From Carcharhinus amblyrhynchos (Eukaryota), in NCBI GenBank assembly GCA_965287045.1, contig OZ336873.1, positions 39,742,001-39,806,000 on the forward strand: DNA of 64,000 nt, written 5' to 3'. The position numbers and the translations under genes were made by a program. A model generated the notes under the pieces. That model was not told the DNA's origin, did no database searches, and saw only the letters and a list, made by a program, of their open reading frames with translations. Positions 1 to 12,364 of the stretch are shown here, piece by piece (the stretch's first letter is position 1; every line of letters begins with the position of its first letter).

Positions 1-1099
1 GGTTGTCAAATAGGAGGCAGAGAGTGGGGGTCAATGGGTGCTATTCGGATTGGCGGTTGGTGACTAGTGGGGTGCCCCAGGGGTCGGTGCTGGGGCCTCA
101 GCTATTTACCATTTATATAGATGATCTGGAGGAGGGAACCGAGTGCAGGGTGTCGAAATTTGCTGATGACACCAAGATTGGGGGAAAGGCAAATTGTGCG
201 GAGGGTGTGGAGAGTCTGCAGAAGGATCTAGATAGGCTGGGCGAATGGGCCAGGAAATGGCAAATGGAATTTAATGTTGGCAAGTGTGAGGTGGTCCACT
301 TTGGTAGGAAGAATGGTAGGAAGGACTATTACTTACGTGGCGAAAAACTGCAGCAGGCGACGGTGCAGAGGGACCTCGGGGTCCTTGTGCATGAGTCGCA
401 AAAACCCAGCTTGCAGGTGCAGCAGGTGGTCAGGAAGGCGAATGGGATGCTGGCCTTCATAGCGAGGGGGATTGAATATAAAAGTAGGGAGGTCTTGCTG
501 CAGCTGTATAGGGCATTGGTGAGGCCGCAGCTGGAGTACTGTGTGCAGTTTTGGGCGCCGCACCTGTGCAAGGATATTTTGGCCCTGGAGGGAGTGCAGA
601 GGAGGTTTACTAGGCTGATACCGGAGTTGAGGGGATTGAGCTATGAGGAGAGGCTGAATAAACTAGGCTTGTACTCGTTAGAGTTTAGAAGAATGAGGGG
701 AGATCTCATTGAGACGTATAAGATGATGAATGGGATGGATAGGATAGAGGTGGAGAGACTCTTCCCGCTCAAAAAAGACAGTAGGACTAGGGGGCACAGC
801 CTCAAGATAAAGGGGAGGCGGTTTAGAACGGAGTTGAGGAGGAACTTCTTCACTCAAAGGGTGGTGAATCTCTGGAATTCTCTGCCCGTTGAAGTGGTGG
901 AGGCTGCCTCGCTAAATATTTTTAAGAAGCGGGTTGATGGGTTCTTGATAAGAGAGGGGATTAAGGGTTATGGGGAGAGGGCGGGAAAGTGGAACTGAGC
1001 CACGACAGATCAGCCATGATCTTATTGAATGGCGGGGCAGGCTCGAAGGGCTAGATGGCCTACTCCTGCTCCTATTTCTTATGTTCTTATGTTCTTATG
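1..1099 (+). mobile_element. Young CR1-clade LINE (shark HER1-like), 3' part; runs off the 5' edge of the window
   Basis: RT motifs [11 protein letters not shown] and KFADDTK, CR1 C-terminal LVRPQLEYCVQFW, then a 3' UTR ending in the (TTCTTATG)n tail at ~1076-1099. Confidence 0.95.
3..998 (+). CDS. CR1 ORF2 reverse transcriptase, C-terminal 331 aa, uninterrupted (5'-incomplete)
   Basis: Open frame to its natural stop, with [14 protein letters not shown] and the CR1 C-terminal domain; no stops or frameshifts. Confidence 0.9.
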   Translation: MSNRRQRVGVNGCYSDWRLVTSGVPQGSVLGPQLFTIYIDDLEEGTECRVSKFADDTKIGGKANCAEGVESLQKDLDRLGEWARKWQMEFNVGKCEVVHFGRKNGRKDYYLRGEKLQQATVQRDLGVLVHESQKPSLQVQQVVRKANGMLAFIARGIEYKSREVLLQLYRALVRPQLEYCVQFWAPHLCKDILALEGVQRRFTRLIPELRGLSYEERLNKLGLYSLEFRRMRGDLIETYKMMNGMDRIEVERLFPLKKDSRTRGHSLKIKGRRFRTELRRNFFTQRVVNLWNSLPVEVVEAASLNIFKKRVDGFLIREGIKGYGERAGKWN

Positions 1100-3434
1100 A
1101 AACCTGGCTTGATAGATTCAACCATTTTTTTAAAACCATAGAGGAAGGTTACTGAATAAGTTCGCAGGAGTCTACTGATAAACATTGAACACACAGATTA
1201 AAATATTAATTAAAACAAAAAAAAGAACTATATTACATCAGGCAACAAGGTTGGAAAGATCTCAATACAAACAAGAGAATAATTCAAATGCTCATTATTC
1301 CTTCACCCCAGCTACATCTTTACAGATCGATACAAATTCAAAAAGATAAAGCAATTTGCCATATCCAATTTATATTCTAATATTCAGGGTAAGTGTTCAG
1401 TACTTGTGAACCAACTGACAAACTATGGTCAGAGACACTACGGTCCAAAGTAAATTACATATTTATTCAAAGCAGATGCTATGGGGATCGGTGCTGGGGC
1501 CTCAGCTATTTACCATTTATATAGATGATCTGGAGGAGGGAACCGAGTGTATGGTGTCGAAATTTGCTGATGACACCAAGATTGGTGGAACGGCAAATTG
1601 CGCGGAGGGTGTGGAGAGTCTACAGAAGGATCTAGATAGGCTGGGCGAATGGGCCAGGAACTGGCAGATGGAATTTAATGTTGGCAAGTGCGAGGTGGTC
1701 CACTTTGGTAGGAATAATGGTAGGAAGGATTATTGCTTACGTGGCGAAAAACTGTAGCAGGCGACGGTACAGAGGGACCTCGGGGTCCTTGTGCATGAGT
1801 CGCAAAAACCCAGCTTGCAGGTGCAGCAGGTGGTCAGGAAGGCGAATGGGATGCTGGCCTTCATAGCGAGGGAGATTGAATATAAAAGTAGGGAGGTCTT
1901 GCTGTGGCTATATAGGGCATTGGTGAGGCCGCAGCTGGAGTACTGTGTGCAGTTTTGGGCGCCGTACTTACGCAAGGATATTTTGGCCTTGGAGGGAGTG
2001 CAGAGGAGGTTTACTAGGCTGATGCCGGAGATGAGGGGGTTGAGCTATGAGGAGAGGCTGGATAGACTAGGCTTGTACTTGTTAGAGTTTAGAAGAATGA
2101 GGGGAGATCTCATTGAGACGTATAAGATGATGAATGGGGTGGAGAGACTCTTGCCGCTCAGAAGGACAGTAGGACTAGGGGGCACAGCCTCAAGATAAAG
2201 GGGGGGCGGTTTAGAACGGAGTTGAGGAAGAATTTCTTCACTCAAAGGGTGGTGAATCTCTGGAATTCTCTGCCCGTTGAAGTGGTGGAGGCTACCTCGC
2301 TAAATATTTTTAAGACGCGGGTTCATGGGTTTTTGATAAGAGAGGGGATTAAGGGTTATGGGGAGAGGGCGGGAATGTGGAACTGAGCCACGACAGATCA
2401 GCCATGATCTTATTGAATGGCGGGGCAGGCTCGAAGGGCCAGGTGGCCTACTCCTGCTCCTATTTCTTATGTTCTTATGATTTTTAACAACCCGCCCAAA
2501 TGCTTGACACACTGTGAGCCAACCGGCCTCGCTGAAAGTGTCTTTTTCAGATGGATTCCCAGTCTTCAAATTTGAAGAACTCATCTTGTAATTCTCTTCA
2601 AACTTTGCTCCCTCTCAAAGCAACAAGGATCCATCTCCAAGGTTTCAATCTCACCTTGTGAGATTCCTTTCCTCTGGATCTCTAAGTACATTCAAGCTTC
2701 AATTTCCAAGCAAAATTTCAGATCTTTGGGCATGCTAAACAGAACGCCACTGCTCCAAAAGATCCGCAGTATGGAGTCACCAACCTTTGGCTGCTTCCTC
2801 TGGTCTTCAGGGCTTCTCTCAAGGCAGCTTTGCTTCAGGTCTTCACCTGTATTTCGTTTTTAACTTGGAGCCTTATTATTTGTTCCAGTCATGTATGTTG
2901 ACTCAAGGGACTCTATCTCTGATCCCTGCCTGGGACTTTTTTGTGGGACTTCTTTCTGTCCCATACACTGGTTGGGACCACCTTCTTCGTTTGGAATCTT
3001 CTCCCTGTCCCCCACTTCCCATATCCTGCTTCCTGGGGCACCTTCTCTCGAATGGCACTCCAGTTCCACTTCATTTGATCCGGTAGTTTTGCGCTGTTTC
3101 AGGTCTTTGTTTCCTCTTTTTCTGCATAGGTAGGGCCAGTTCCCACTCTAAGGACATAAAAGAAACAAACTGTAAATGTGCACAGGACTGATTCCTGGCC
3201 TGAAGACATGAAAGATGCCAACTGCACGAATAGCCATTCTCCTTCCAGTGCACACACAAACATAGAGAATCATAGAGAATGAATTTGAAGGCCCAAAAAT
3301 GTAAAAACAAAATCTGAACTGTGAGGCCTGCCATTTCCTGACCAGTGTGTGTGCGGACATCCCGAGGCCCACTGAGAACTGAAACTCCCAAGCTATGACT
3401 TTACTTACCATCAGTTAAATTATTGGAGTTTGTT
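1100..3434. mobile_element. Probable LTR-type repeat remnant, split by the CR1 at 1484-2479
   Basis: Non-coding sequence that reads continuously across the CR1 insertion (gcagatgctATG|atttttaacaa) and ends ...TGTTACA at ~3434. Family assignment is by resemblance only. Confidence 0.3.
1484..2479 (+). mobile_element. 5'-truncated CR1 LINE, same family as 1-1099, decayed
   Basis: Near-identical to 80-1099. It has a TAG stop at 1755-1757, a short deletion near 2137, a frameshift near 2160, the same 3' UTR and a TTCTTATG tail. TATG microhomology occurs at both junctions. Confidence 0.95.
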
Positions 3435-3483
3435 ACACCAATGAATAACTTTAGCAACAAATGGACAGACATTCTCATGCCTG

Positions 3484-3760
3484 TAAAGAATTTGATTTGA
3501 CCATCAGCATCAGGAAAGCAAATATCATGATTCAGGATATTACCATACTATTGTACCACTGCCTATTAACATTGAGAATGTGACACTAGAGACTGTTGAT
3601 ACATTAAGATATGTAGGCTGTAGAATCACTAGCAATCCGTCACATGATGCTGAAATCACATGTATCACAATAACTGCAGCTATTACATCCAAGTTGAGTC
3701 CAAGCTCCTCTAGAATTGGACAAGATGTGCTAGAAGGGGGAAAAGGCTGAACAGTTTTCA
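3484..3760 (+). mobile_element. Old RTE-clade LINE RT fragment
   Basis: Translates as KEFDLTISIRKANIM...NIENVTLETVDTLRYVG.RIT.N...DAEI, the RTE pattern 'GL.IS..KT...LE.V..F.YLGS'. A probable continuation (P.L.YKD) follows the CR1 at ~4720. Confidence 0.6.
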
Positions 3761-3904
3761 TCTTTGCTGTCTGAGACATACCTTGACATCTCTTGGTAGG
3801 ACATAGGTACTTATTCAGCAGTCTGGAGCATACTGTTCCCATCAGCATTTAGTCCTGCTTACCCAACAAAATAGGTGCTTTGGTCGCATACCAAAACTTG
3901 TTCC

Positions 3905-4720
3905 GCGTCATTCGAACTTTAAAGGGATGTAGAGAAATTGTTGGAATGGGTGGACAGTTGCAGAAAAATGTGAAGTGATTTGTATTTGTAAAAAGGAAAT
4001 GGAGAGACAGTATAAAATAAAGGGAGAAAGAAACCTGGGTTTGTGTATGCAAAAGTTATTGAATGTGGCAGAAGAGGTTGAGAGAGTGATCACGGAAGCA
4101 TATGGCTTCCTGTGCTGCACTAATAGTGGCATACAAGGAGTTCATGTTGAACTTCTATAAGTCACTAGTTTGAGCTCAGCTGGGGTATTGTGTCCAGTTC
4201 TGGCTGCTGCTGTTTAGGAAGGATGTGAAAATATTGGAGGGAGTGCAGAAAAGATTCACTATAACGGTTACTGGGTTAAGGAACTTCAGTTGTGAAGATA
4301 GACTGGGGAAGCTGCGACTGTTTTCCGTAGACTGTTTAGAGAATAGAAGGCTAAGTGGAGATTTGATACAGGTATTCAAAATCATGAGGGGTCTGGACAG
4401 AATAGGTGGGGAGAAACTATTTCCATACATGAAAGAATCAAGGATGGGAGGGCATACGTTTGAAGTAATTTATAAAAGATGCAATAGTGATATGAGGGAA
4501 AACTTTTTCATGCAGCTGGTGGTTGGGGTCTAGAATGCCTTGCCTGGGATTGTGGTGAAACAGTTCAATTGAAGCATTCAGAAGGGAATTCCACTGTCAT
4601 TTGAATAAGAAGAAAGTGTCGGGTTGGCAGGAGAATAGAGCTAGGTGAGTTGTTCATTTGGAGAGCCAGTGCAGACATAATAGGCCAAATGCCCTCCTTC
4701 TAGACCATTCTGCGATTCTG
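3905..4720 (+). mobile_element. Decayed CR1 LINE 3' fragment
   Basis: LGYCVQFW, ILEGVQKRFT and RRLSGDLIQVFKIMRGLD motifs, followed by a CR1-type 3' UTR (ggccaaatgccctcctt...ccattctgcgattctg). Confidence 0.85.
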
Positions 4721-4981
4721 CTGGGTATCCTTACCTCTGCTACAAGGATAACCTATGGAACCTATGATTGTTTGGAAAAGCATTCGAAGAGGTGATCAGA
4801 ATATTCTTGTGTCTGGTAAAGAGAAATGTTCAAACAAAATAACAAAAATATTTCATGTTCCAGTGATTTTTCTCCAGGTTTTGCACAGGTATCCTGGTGA
4901 TTGAACTTCAATTCCATGAGACTCCAGGCCAAATTGGAGGTTTGGCACCCCAAGAACATTCTTGGGATCTCTTAATAAGAT

Positions 4982-5815
4982 GAACATAGAACAGCACAGC
5001 ACAGTACAGGCCCTTCGGCCCTCGATGTTGAGCCGAGCTATGTCCGAACCCAAGATCAAGCTGTACTACCCCCTATCATTCTGGTGTGCTCCATGTGCCT
5101 ATCCAATAACCGCTTGAAAGTTCCTAAAGTGTCCGACTCCCCTATCACAGCAGGCAATGCATTCCACATGCCAACCACTCTGAGTAAAGAATCTACCTTG
5201 GACATCCTTCCTATGTCTCCCACCATGAGCCTTATAGTTATGCCCCCTAGTAACAACTACATTCACCAAGGAAATAGTCTCTGAATGTCCACTCTATCTG
5301 TCCTCCTCATCATCTTATAAACCTCTATTAAGTCGCCTCTCACCCTGCTCCACTGTAAAGAGAAAAGCCCCAGCTCCCTCAACCTTTCCTCATAAGACCT
5401 ACCCTCCAAACCAGGCAGCAGCCTGGTAAATCTTCTCTGCAATCTCTCCAATGCTTCCACATCCTCCTTATAGTGAGGTGACCAGAACTGCACACAATAT
5501 TTCAAACGTGGTCTCACCAAGGTCCTGTATAGTTGCAGCATAACCCCATGACTCTTTAACTCAAACCCCCTGTTGATAAACACTAACATGCTATAAACCT
5601 TCTTCACAGCTCTATCCACTTGAGTGGCAACCTTCAGAGATCTGTAGACATGAACCCCAAGATCTCTCTGTTCCTCCACGTTCCTCAGAACCCTGCTGTT
5701 GACCCTGTAATTTGCATTCAAGTTTGTCCTACCAAAATGAATCACCTTGCGCTTATCAGGGCTAAACTCCATCTGCCACTTTTCGGCCCAACTCTGCATC
5801 CTATCAGTGTCTCAT
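4982..5815 (-). mobile_element. CR1 LINE 3' fragment
   Basis: Minus-strand ORF 5263..5799 (WAEKWQMEF...LVRPRLKYCVQFWSPHY) and a tail read as gaacatagaac on the + strand. Confidence 0.9.
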
Positions 5816-5829
5816 TGCAATGTATATAG

Positions 5830-6132
5830 GGATTTGTGAGAGTATATAATGAGATTTGGGGTAGACCATTTAGGACGGAAATGAGGAGCCATTTTTCCAC
5901 TCAAGGAGTGGTGAGTCTGTGGAATTCATTACCACAGGAAGTAGTTGATGCCAAAACATTGAATGCATTCAAAAGGTGGCTAGATATAGTGCTTGGGGTG
6001 AATGGGATCAAAAGTTATGGAGAGAAAACAGGATTAGGCTATTGAGTTGAATGATTAGCCAGATAATGAATAGTGGAACAGGCTTGAAGGACCAAATGGC
6101 TTCCTCCTGCTCCTACCTTCTATGTTGCTATG
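5830..6132 (+). mobile_element. CR1 LINE 3' end
   Basis: FRTEMRSHFSTQGVVSLWNSLP, then a 3' UTR and a ttctatgttgctatg tail. Confidence 0.85.
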
Positions 6133-6180
6133 AAATTTAACTAAGCCATTTCTGTGAAGATATAATTGATCCATAATATT

Positions 6181-6325
6181 TGTAGACCAAGTGGCCATGT
6201 GACAGAATCCTGGGAGTTCTTCCTGGAGCACAGATTAAGCATGTAGTAGCTGCTTAACTAGTGAATAAATTATTGTTTGTTATATTTACTTGGTCACCAG
6301 GCTTTGGGAATCCAACGCTTTTACA
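6181..6325 (+). repeat. 5' LTR of the Gypsy element
   Basis: TG...CA termini, AATAAA at ~6264, and similarity to 10847-11018. Confidence 0.85.
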
Positions 6326-6338
6326 TGGTGTCAGGAGT
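6326..6338 (+). other. Primer-binding site (TGG-start, tRNA-Leu-like)
   Basis: TGGTGTCAGGAGT immediately after the LTR's terminal CA. The tRNA-Leu assignment comes from recalled Gypsy PBS consensus. Confidence 0.7.
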
Positions 6339-7439
6339 TGGCAGTATGGCACAAGGACTTTGTCACGTCGACCTGATTCTATTCGATGAAAATAATGCAG
6401 ACTGCTGGGTCAAATTTGAAAAGGAACAAATATCTATTGTGATGTTGGATTATCAGATAAATCAACAAGTTTACACTTTCCTAAATCTAGCAGGCCCCAA
6501 GGCCATTGAGACCTTTGTGTTTCAAATGGAGGAGGAGAAAGAGGACCTTAAAATAATTATATAAAGTTTGAGAAAGTTTGCCTGCCGTTGAAGAACATAA
6601 TACTCAACATGCATGTGTTTAACTCTACAATCCAAAGGCCTGACAAATCAATACAATCGTACACAGCAGCTTTGAAAATCTTATGAGAAATGTGCATTTA
6701 CTGATGAGCTCTTACTGATGAGTTACTCAGGGGCTGAATATTCTGTAGGGTCCACTGTCACTTAGTCCACAAACAGCTGCTGCAAGAGAAAGATGTAGCA
6801 CCACAACCAGCCATTAGCATCAGCATGTTAAATACACTGTCAAAAAAGCAGCAAGGAGTTTAGGCAGGAAACTGAAGTTTTCACGGTAGGGGCACACCCT
6901 GCCCCAACACCCTCAGAACAGAGCAGGCTGTTGGGCATATGGTAAATGCTGCAACAAATGTTGAAAGTAGAATCAATTTGCAAAATGCTGCAGATCAAAA
7001 TCCCAGCAGCTTTCTTTTGACAAGAGCCACAGTGTAGCCGGTCAATCCTCCAAGGTTAGGAGCATCAGCAAAGTGAATGGATTGGAGCTCAGCCAGAGCA
7101 ACCAAACGACTGAGCCTTCAACAATACACTACTGTGAGAGGTTGACATTGCAGCAGAAAAGAGTGAGATCTTCACCACCCTGAACATGATTTGCAATAAC
7201 GGACAACCAAAAGTAAAGACAGTCTCGGGAGCAAGGTGTAATATGTTACCCAGTCAATGCTGTGGGAACTAGACCCATATGTAGTGCTGGACCTTATTAC
7301 CCAGATGGACTTTGTGGCCTATGGTGAATAAACTATTCACATGGAAAGTGTGGCTACTCTACCCTACACACAGGGCAGCTTCAAGTTTTAAATAGTTGAC
7401 CAGAACATTAGTCCACTGCTAAGTCTTCAGGACTTGCCT

Positions 7440-7937
7440 TCATTTTCAAAAAATTTTCCTTAACTAGCTGGATTTTAGATTTCCGGCATCTGTTTTAACC
7501 ATTACTTCATAGTATGGCTTTTCTTCCAGCAAAGTTGAGAGAGGTGTTCCCTCTTTAGCCTTCTAAAACCAGTTGCTTCCAGCAGAGCTATGAGAGCTGC
7601 CTTCTCTCTTAACTACCTATCTCTGACTGTAACTGCAATCAAATTAACTAAACTAAAACTTAAAAATGTCTTTACCTTACAAGGTCCCAGTTGCCAAGCA
7701 GCCACTGCTGATTTCTTTACTGTTCACATCTAGTAGCCCTCTCTATGCACAATAAAATCACAGTTGGAATTGAAACCAACCGCCACGCATACAAGCATCT
7801 TTGTCCAGCATGAATTTGATACAAATTTTAACCTTCTAGGTACAAACATTAAATTTAACCCACTTAAAACTGCATATTTTCTAATGTTTACCAATACAAA
7901 TATAAATCCCTTATAACCACCTTTGTTTTCTAAACAA
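7440..7937. mobile_element. Non-coding insertion inside the Gypsy element (possible LTR fragment of another family)
   Basis: Interrupts the protease-to-RT region and has no coding resemblance. Ends ...CTAAACA. Confidence 0.35.
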
Positions 7938-8094
7938 ATGTATCGGATGTTGAAACTGGATATCATAACTCCAATAGTTGCGGCCACAAAATAGGTTTCA
8001 GCAATGGTGGTTGCAGTAAGATATGCATTAACCCAGTTAATTTATAAAAGGTGATGCTCAGACCTCATCACCCTATGAAGACAGTGAAACAGGT

Positions 8095-10100
8095 GATAGC
8101 AGTTATGCCTAACGGCCAAGGTTTTCAGCATCCTGGATGTGAAATGTGGGTTCTGGCAGATTGTGCTGATTAGGAATCTTCAAAGCTTACAATATTTATG
8201 TCTCTGCTCGGCAAAAATGTTTCTGCATATGCCCTATGAAATCTCCACTGGCAATGAGGTCTTCCACTGGTGCATGGGAGCAACTCTTTGCAGGGTGACC
8301 CTGTAAAATTATTGTTGATGGCATCCTGGTCTGGGATAGTACTATGAAAGAATATGATACACAATCTTGTCTTGTCTTTCTCAGAATCAGCGTCATATAG
8401 TTGAAACTTAACGCTGCTAAATGCTGATTCAGGGTCAACTATGTGGGTCATTTAAAGGAATTCCTCACTCTAGTCTTCGCCTGTGAGAAATTTCATGATT
8501 TCATATATGGTCATCCTGCAACTGTTGAAACTGATCATCAGCCACTCATAGCTATTTTAAAGAAACCTCTTCACATTGCATCTGCGCAAATTAACCATAC
8601 AGGATGGACTGATTCTGCATGGCCAGCAACTTCTTTTTTTCCAGAGGTACTACACACAGCAACTTCACCAGGGTCACCCTGGATTGGAAGCAACCAGGTA
8701 CAGGGACTATGAGTCACTAAACTGGCCCTTCATGTAAGCCAACGTGGTGAGAAAGTCTCCAAATGTGTACCATGCAATGCACTCAAGCCATATCAAACAA
8801 AAGAACTGCTGCACCTACATGAGGCCCTGGACCTCCCATGGTCATTCGCAGCAACATTTTCGAATGGGATGGTAGACGGCATTTGGTTTTAGTTGACTCA
8901 TATTCCAGCTGGTTTGAATTTAACGTGACGACAAACAGTTACCATCAAGCCTGAAGAGTTATTTTGCCACACGCGGTATCCCTCAGAGACTCATGACAGA
9001 GAGTGCTTATCAATTCACCTCCACGGAATTTGAAAACTGGGACTTTGAACATAGAAGCACAGAAATGATATAGCATAGAATGGGGCCATTCAGCCCATCT
9101 TGTCCATGCAGACCCAAAGAAACTCAAGTGCTCTTTCTAATCCCATCTTCCTGCACATGACCCATAGCCCTGCAACTTACAGCATTTAAAGAGCAGATCC
9201 AGATACTTATTAAACAAATTTAAGGTCTTTGCCTCCACCCCCCCATGCAGGTAGAAAATTCCAGACAGTGACCACCTGCTGCATTAAAAAAAAGATTTTC
9301 CTCATGTCCCCTCTAGTCCTTTTGTGTTTTAACTTCAATCTGTGATCCCTCATTCTAAAATTCTCCATCAAGGGAAACAACTTTATCCTGTATACTCTAT
9401 CTTTTCCCCTCATAATCTTGTACACCTCTCTCAAATCAACCCTTGGCCTTCTCTCTTCATCGGAAAACAACCCCAACTGCTATAGTTCTGTAGCCCTGGC
9501 AACATTCTAGCAAATTTTCTCTGCGTTTTCTCCAGAGCAATTGCGTCCTTCCTTAATGTGGTGACCAAAACTGCACATAATACTCCTGTTGTGGCCTCAC
9601 CAGTGTCTTAAACAGTTTCATCATTATATCCTTACTTTAGTATTCTATATCTCTGCCAGTGAATGAGAGCATGCCATCTGCTTTCTTTACCACCTCATCT
9701 ACCTGTATTATACCTTTTAGGAACCTGTGCACTTACATGCCAAGATCTCTCATTTCCTCTGTTCCTGTTAGTATATTCCTATTAATTGTGTATTTATTCC
9801 CTTTTACTGTTTGACTTCCGTAAATGCATTACTTCACGCTTGTCAGAGTTGAACGCCATCTGCCACTTTCCTGTCCACTCCTCCAATCCATCTATATCAC
9901 GAGCAGCCACCTGTACCCACAGTCCAGTGGCTTGGCAGAATGGACGATGCACTCAGCTAAGAATTGTTGAGAGAAATTTGCTCAGGATCACAGTCCTTAG
10001 CCTGCGAAAAATGCCACGGCAGGGTCAGCCCTTGTCAGCACAGCAACTATCCTCCAGGCGCACCAGGACTACAATTCCTACTGTTTGCAGCCCAAACTCA
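8095..10100 (+). pseudogene. Gypsy pol remnant (RT, RNase H, integrase), frameshifted and interrupted by a CR1
   Basis: AKVFSILDVKCGFWQI (RT), LVFACEKFHDFIYGHPATVETDHQPLIAILKKPL (RNase H), LVLVDSYSSWFE and WDFEH|ITSSHLYPQSSGLAE (integrase core, split by the CR1 at 9048-9900). Confidence 0.85.
9048..9900 (-). mobile_element. CR1 LINE 3' fragment nested in the Gypsy integrase
   Basis: Tail aacatagaag and minus-strand CR1 ORF2 motifs (DLREVYKIMRG; RPQQEYYVQFWSPH). The integrase peptide resumes on the far side. Confidence 0.88.
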
Positions 10101-10846
10101 AAACCAGTATGAGTGGTGCACTCATCGGACACCAATTAAGAAGGAAGCTGTACTGTAATCACACTACTCAGGCTTGGCCCTCTAATGCTTGGTCAAACAG
10201 TCAGGTTCCAGACCACACGTGACCATGACAAGTTGGAGGTGGTACATAATCTTGCTCCGCAGCGAAAAGTTAATGTGGTGGCTATGGACAAAACCTACTG
10301 TGAATTAAACCGACATCACCTACTACAGGCATCAGAAGAAACCACAGTACTCTGGCCATTCAGCTGACAACACAGGCTGAGTGCCTGGGTGCAGTGTCAT
10401 ACATTTCAGACGGAGTGGAAATGGGGCCCCTCCAGAGACCTACACAACACTACCTGCACCCATTGGGTACATCAGTAGAGTGCCCCAGGTCATCCACGCT
10501 GAGGACACGAGCCTGAAAACATCTGGAGCGCAGACAACTGATACAATTACATGCTCAGTGCATATGACCATGTCAAATTCGAGGTGCCAAGACTGTGTAA
10601 TGAACTAGTCTGCAAGTGGCCTTTGCCTTTCTTCTTTAAACAATAAAAGGGGCGGGGGGGGGGAGAAGAGATGCAATAGGCTATGTACCAGCTGCAAACG
10701 CTCAAACCGTGTCTCACCCAATGTAAATAGTCATGTATTGTTGGCCTGTTCAACTTGTATGTTATATAATGATTTGTACACATTTAATGTTTGCACACAC
10801 TGTAATATCTCAGTATCACTTGTTGTTCCAAATTAAACTGGGAAGA

Positions 10847-11018
10847 TGTAGACCAAGTGGTCAGATGATGACGTGATGACACAGTTACCGAAGAAGAGAG
10901 GAGTTCTCCCCAGAGCACAGGCAGAGTCCAAGTGGGTAATGGCTGCTGGGCTACTGAATTAACAACTGTTTGTTATAAATCCTTGGTTGCCAGTCTTTGG
11001 GAACCCAGAACTTTTACA
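10847..11018 (+). repeat. 3' LTR of the Gypsy element
   Basis: Preceded by a purine tract; TGTAGACCAAGTGG...CTTTTACA. Confidence 0.85.
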
Positions 11019-11612
11019 ATACTGATGCTTATTTACCCTTTGTCCACATAAACACAACTACGGTAATTTTAACACCATGGCACATATCCGATGCATTATA
11101 AAAATGTTAAATTGTGAAGGCAATGCTCTATTGGTGCTTGTTTCACTTTGAAATGTGCTCACACGAACAGGGACTTCAGTGTAATTTGCTCACTTGTGCT
11201 GTAATTCGCACAGCCCTGGTGTAATGAGTCTACACTCTTAAACTTCCAACATATTTACATCACAGAAACCAGTTGTCTGATTTCAGAATTATTTGTCTCT
11301 GTACGCAGAAAAATAATAATCGAATCATTAATAATAATGGAAAAGTAAGCATGCATAATTCACAGGTATACAGGGAAAGCTCTAATAATCTAATTTGGTT
11401 TAAATCTTTAACAGACTGTCTCTGTGGCTTGGAACCACCAAATCCTCAATTTAAATTTATTTTCAAGGTAGACTGAACTAAACCCTGGGTGTGTCCAGAT
11501 GAACTGCTCCACCAATCCAACAATGTTCTTGAAATAAAAGAACTGGATCGGCTGTAATCTTCAACTAAGTCACTGCTAGCTTGCTGCCAACCACATATTT
11601 TTTGCAGCTGCG

Positions 11613-12364
11613 TTGTTAAACTGCTCCTGCAAACAGCCTAATGCAACTCTCAAGTATAAACAGATTTCAAACAGTTTGATGTCTTTACCTCAGAAATTCA
11701 TTATTCTGTGCCAGGTTGTACTGCTCCTCCAACACTGTGCTCATGTAATGTTATTTATGCTGGATTCTTTTTGAATGCAAAATTTAGTCGTGTTAAAGAA
11801 CCACTATTGTCACAAGAGTCACTTTTTTTCAACCAGGTTTGGAGGCAGAAGAGTTTACGAGAGACAGATACTGGCATGATAACATAATGTATTGTTAATC
11901 ATAGCCTATCACTATAAATTTTAACAAATGTAACAATGCGACACAAAATTCTGCTATGAAATCTACAATGTTACACTCAGCATTAACTTGAACCAATTTG
12001 GGAGCCATTTTCTGTTCAATACAGCAACTTGTCTTTATATGGTGATAATGCTCTGTTAAAAGAAAATGTAGGTAACTTTGAACTACACTGCTGTCTCTCT
12101 CATTTAGATTCATTGTACAAAGTATTTTACATGTGTCACTTTGTTTCTCTTGGACAGCAGTGGTTCTTTAACGCTGCTAAATTTTACATTTTAAAAAAAA
12201 ATCTTTAGAAATAACATTACAAGACCACAGTTGTTGGAGGAGCAGTAAAATCTGGCGCAGAATAATGCTTTTCTGAGGTAAGATATCAAACTGAAAGTGC
12301 TAATACTTGAAAGTTGCATTAGGCTGTTTGCAGGATCAATTTAGAAGTAGGAGCAGTTTACCAA
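11613..12364. repeat. Long imperfect inverted repeat (arms ~11613-11818 and ~12146-12364); probable old non-autonomous DNA transposon or fold-back element
   Basis: TCCTGCAAACAGCCTAATGCAACTCTCAAGTAT pairs with 12303-12335 at one mismatch. The blocks TTACCTCAGAAA..CATTATTCTG..ACTGCTCCTCCAACA and GTTAAAGAACCACT also have nested reverse complements. Confidence 0.85.

Larger units (their letters stand above)
6181..11018 (+). mobile_element. Decayed full-structure Gypsy/Ty3 LTR retrotransposon with nested insertions
   Basis: Two related LTRs (TGTAGACCAAGTGG...TTTTACA) at 6181-6325 and 10847-11018. PBS TGGTGTCAGGAGT follows the 5' LTR and a purine tract (GGGAAGA) precedes the 3' LTR. Flanks are ATATT/ATACT (imperfect 5-bp TSD). 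gag, RT, RNase H and integrase remnants occur in Gypsy order. Confidence 0.88.

Noticed and set aside
4982-6132. Head-to-head CR1 pieces as one twin-primed (5'-inverted) insertion
   Set aside because: Both pieces have their own, different 3' UTRs and tails, so they are independent insertions.
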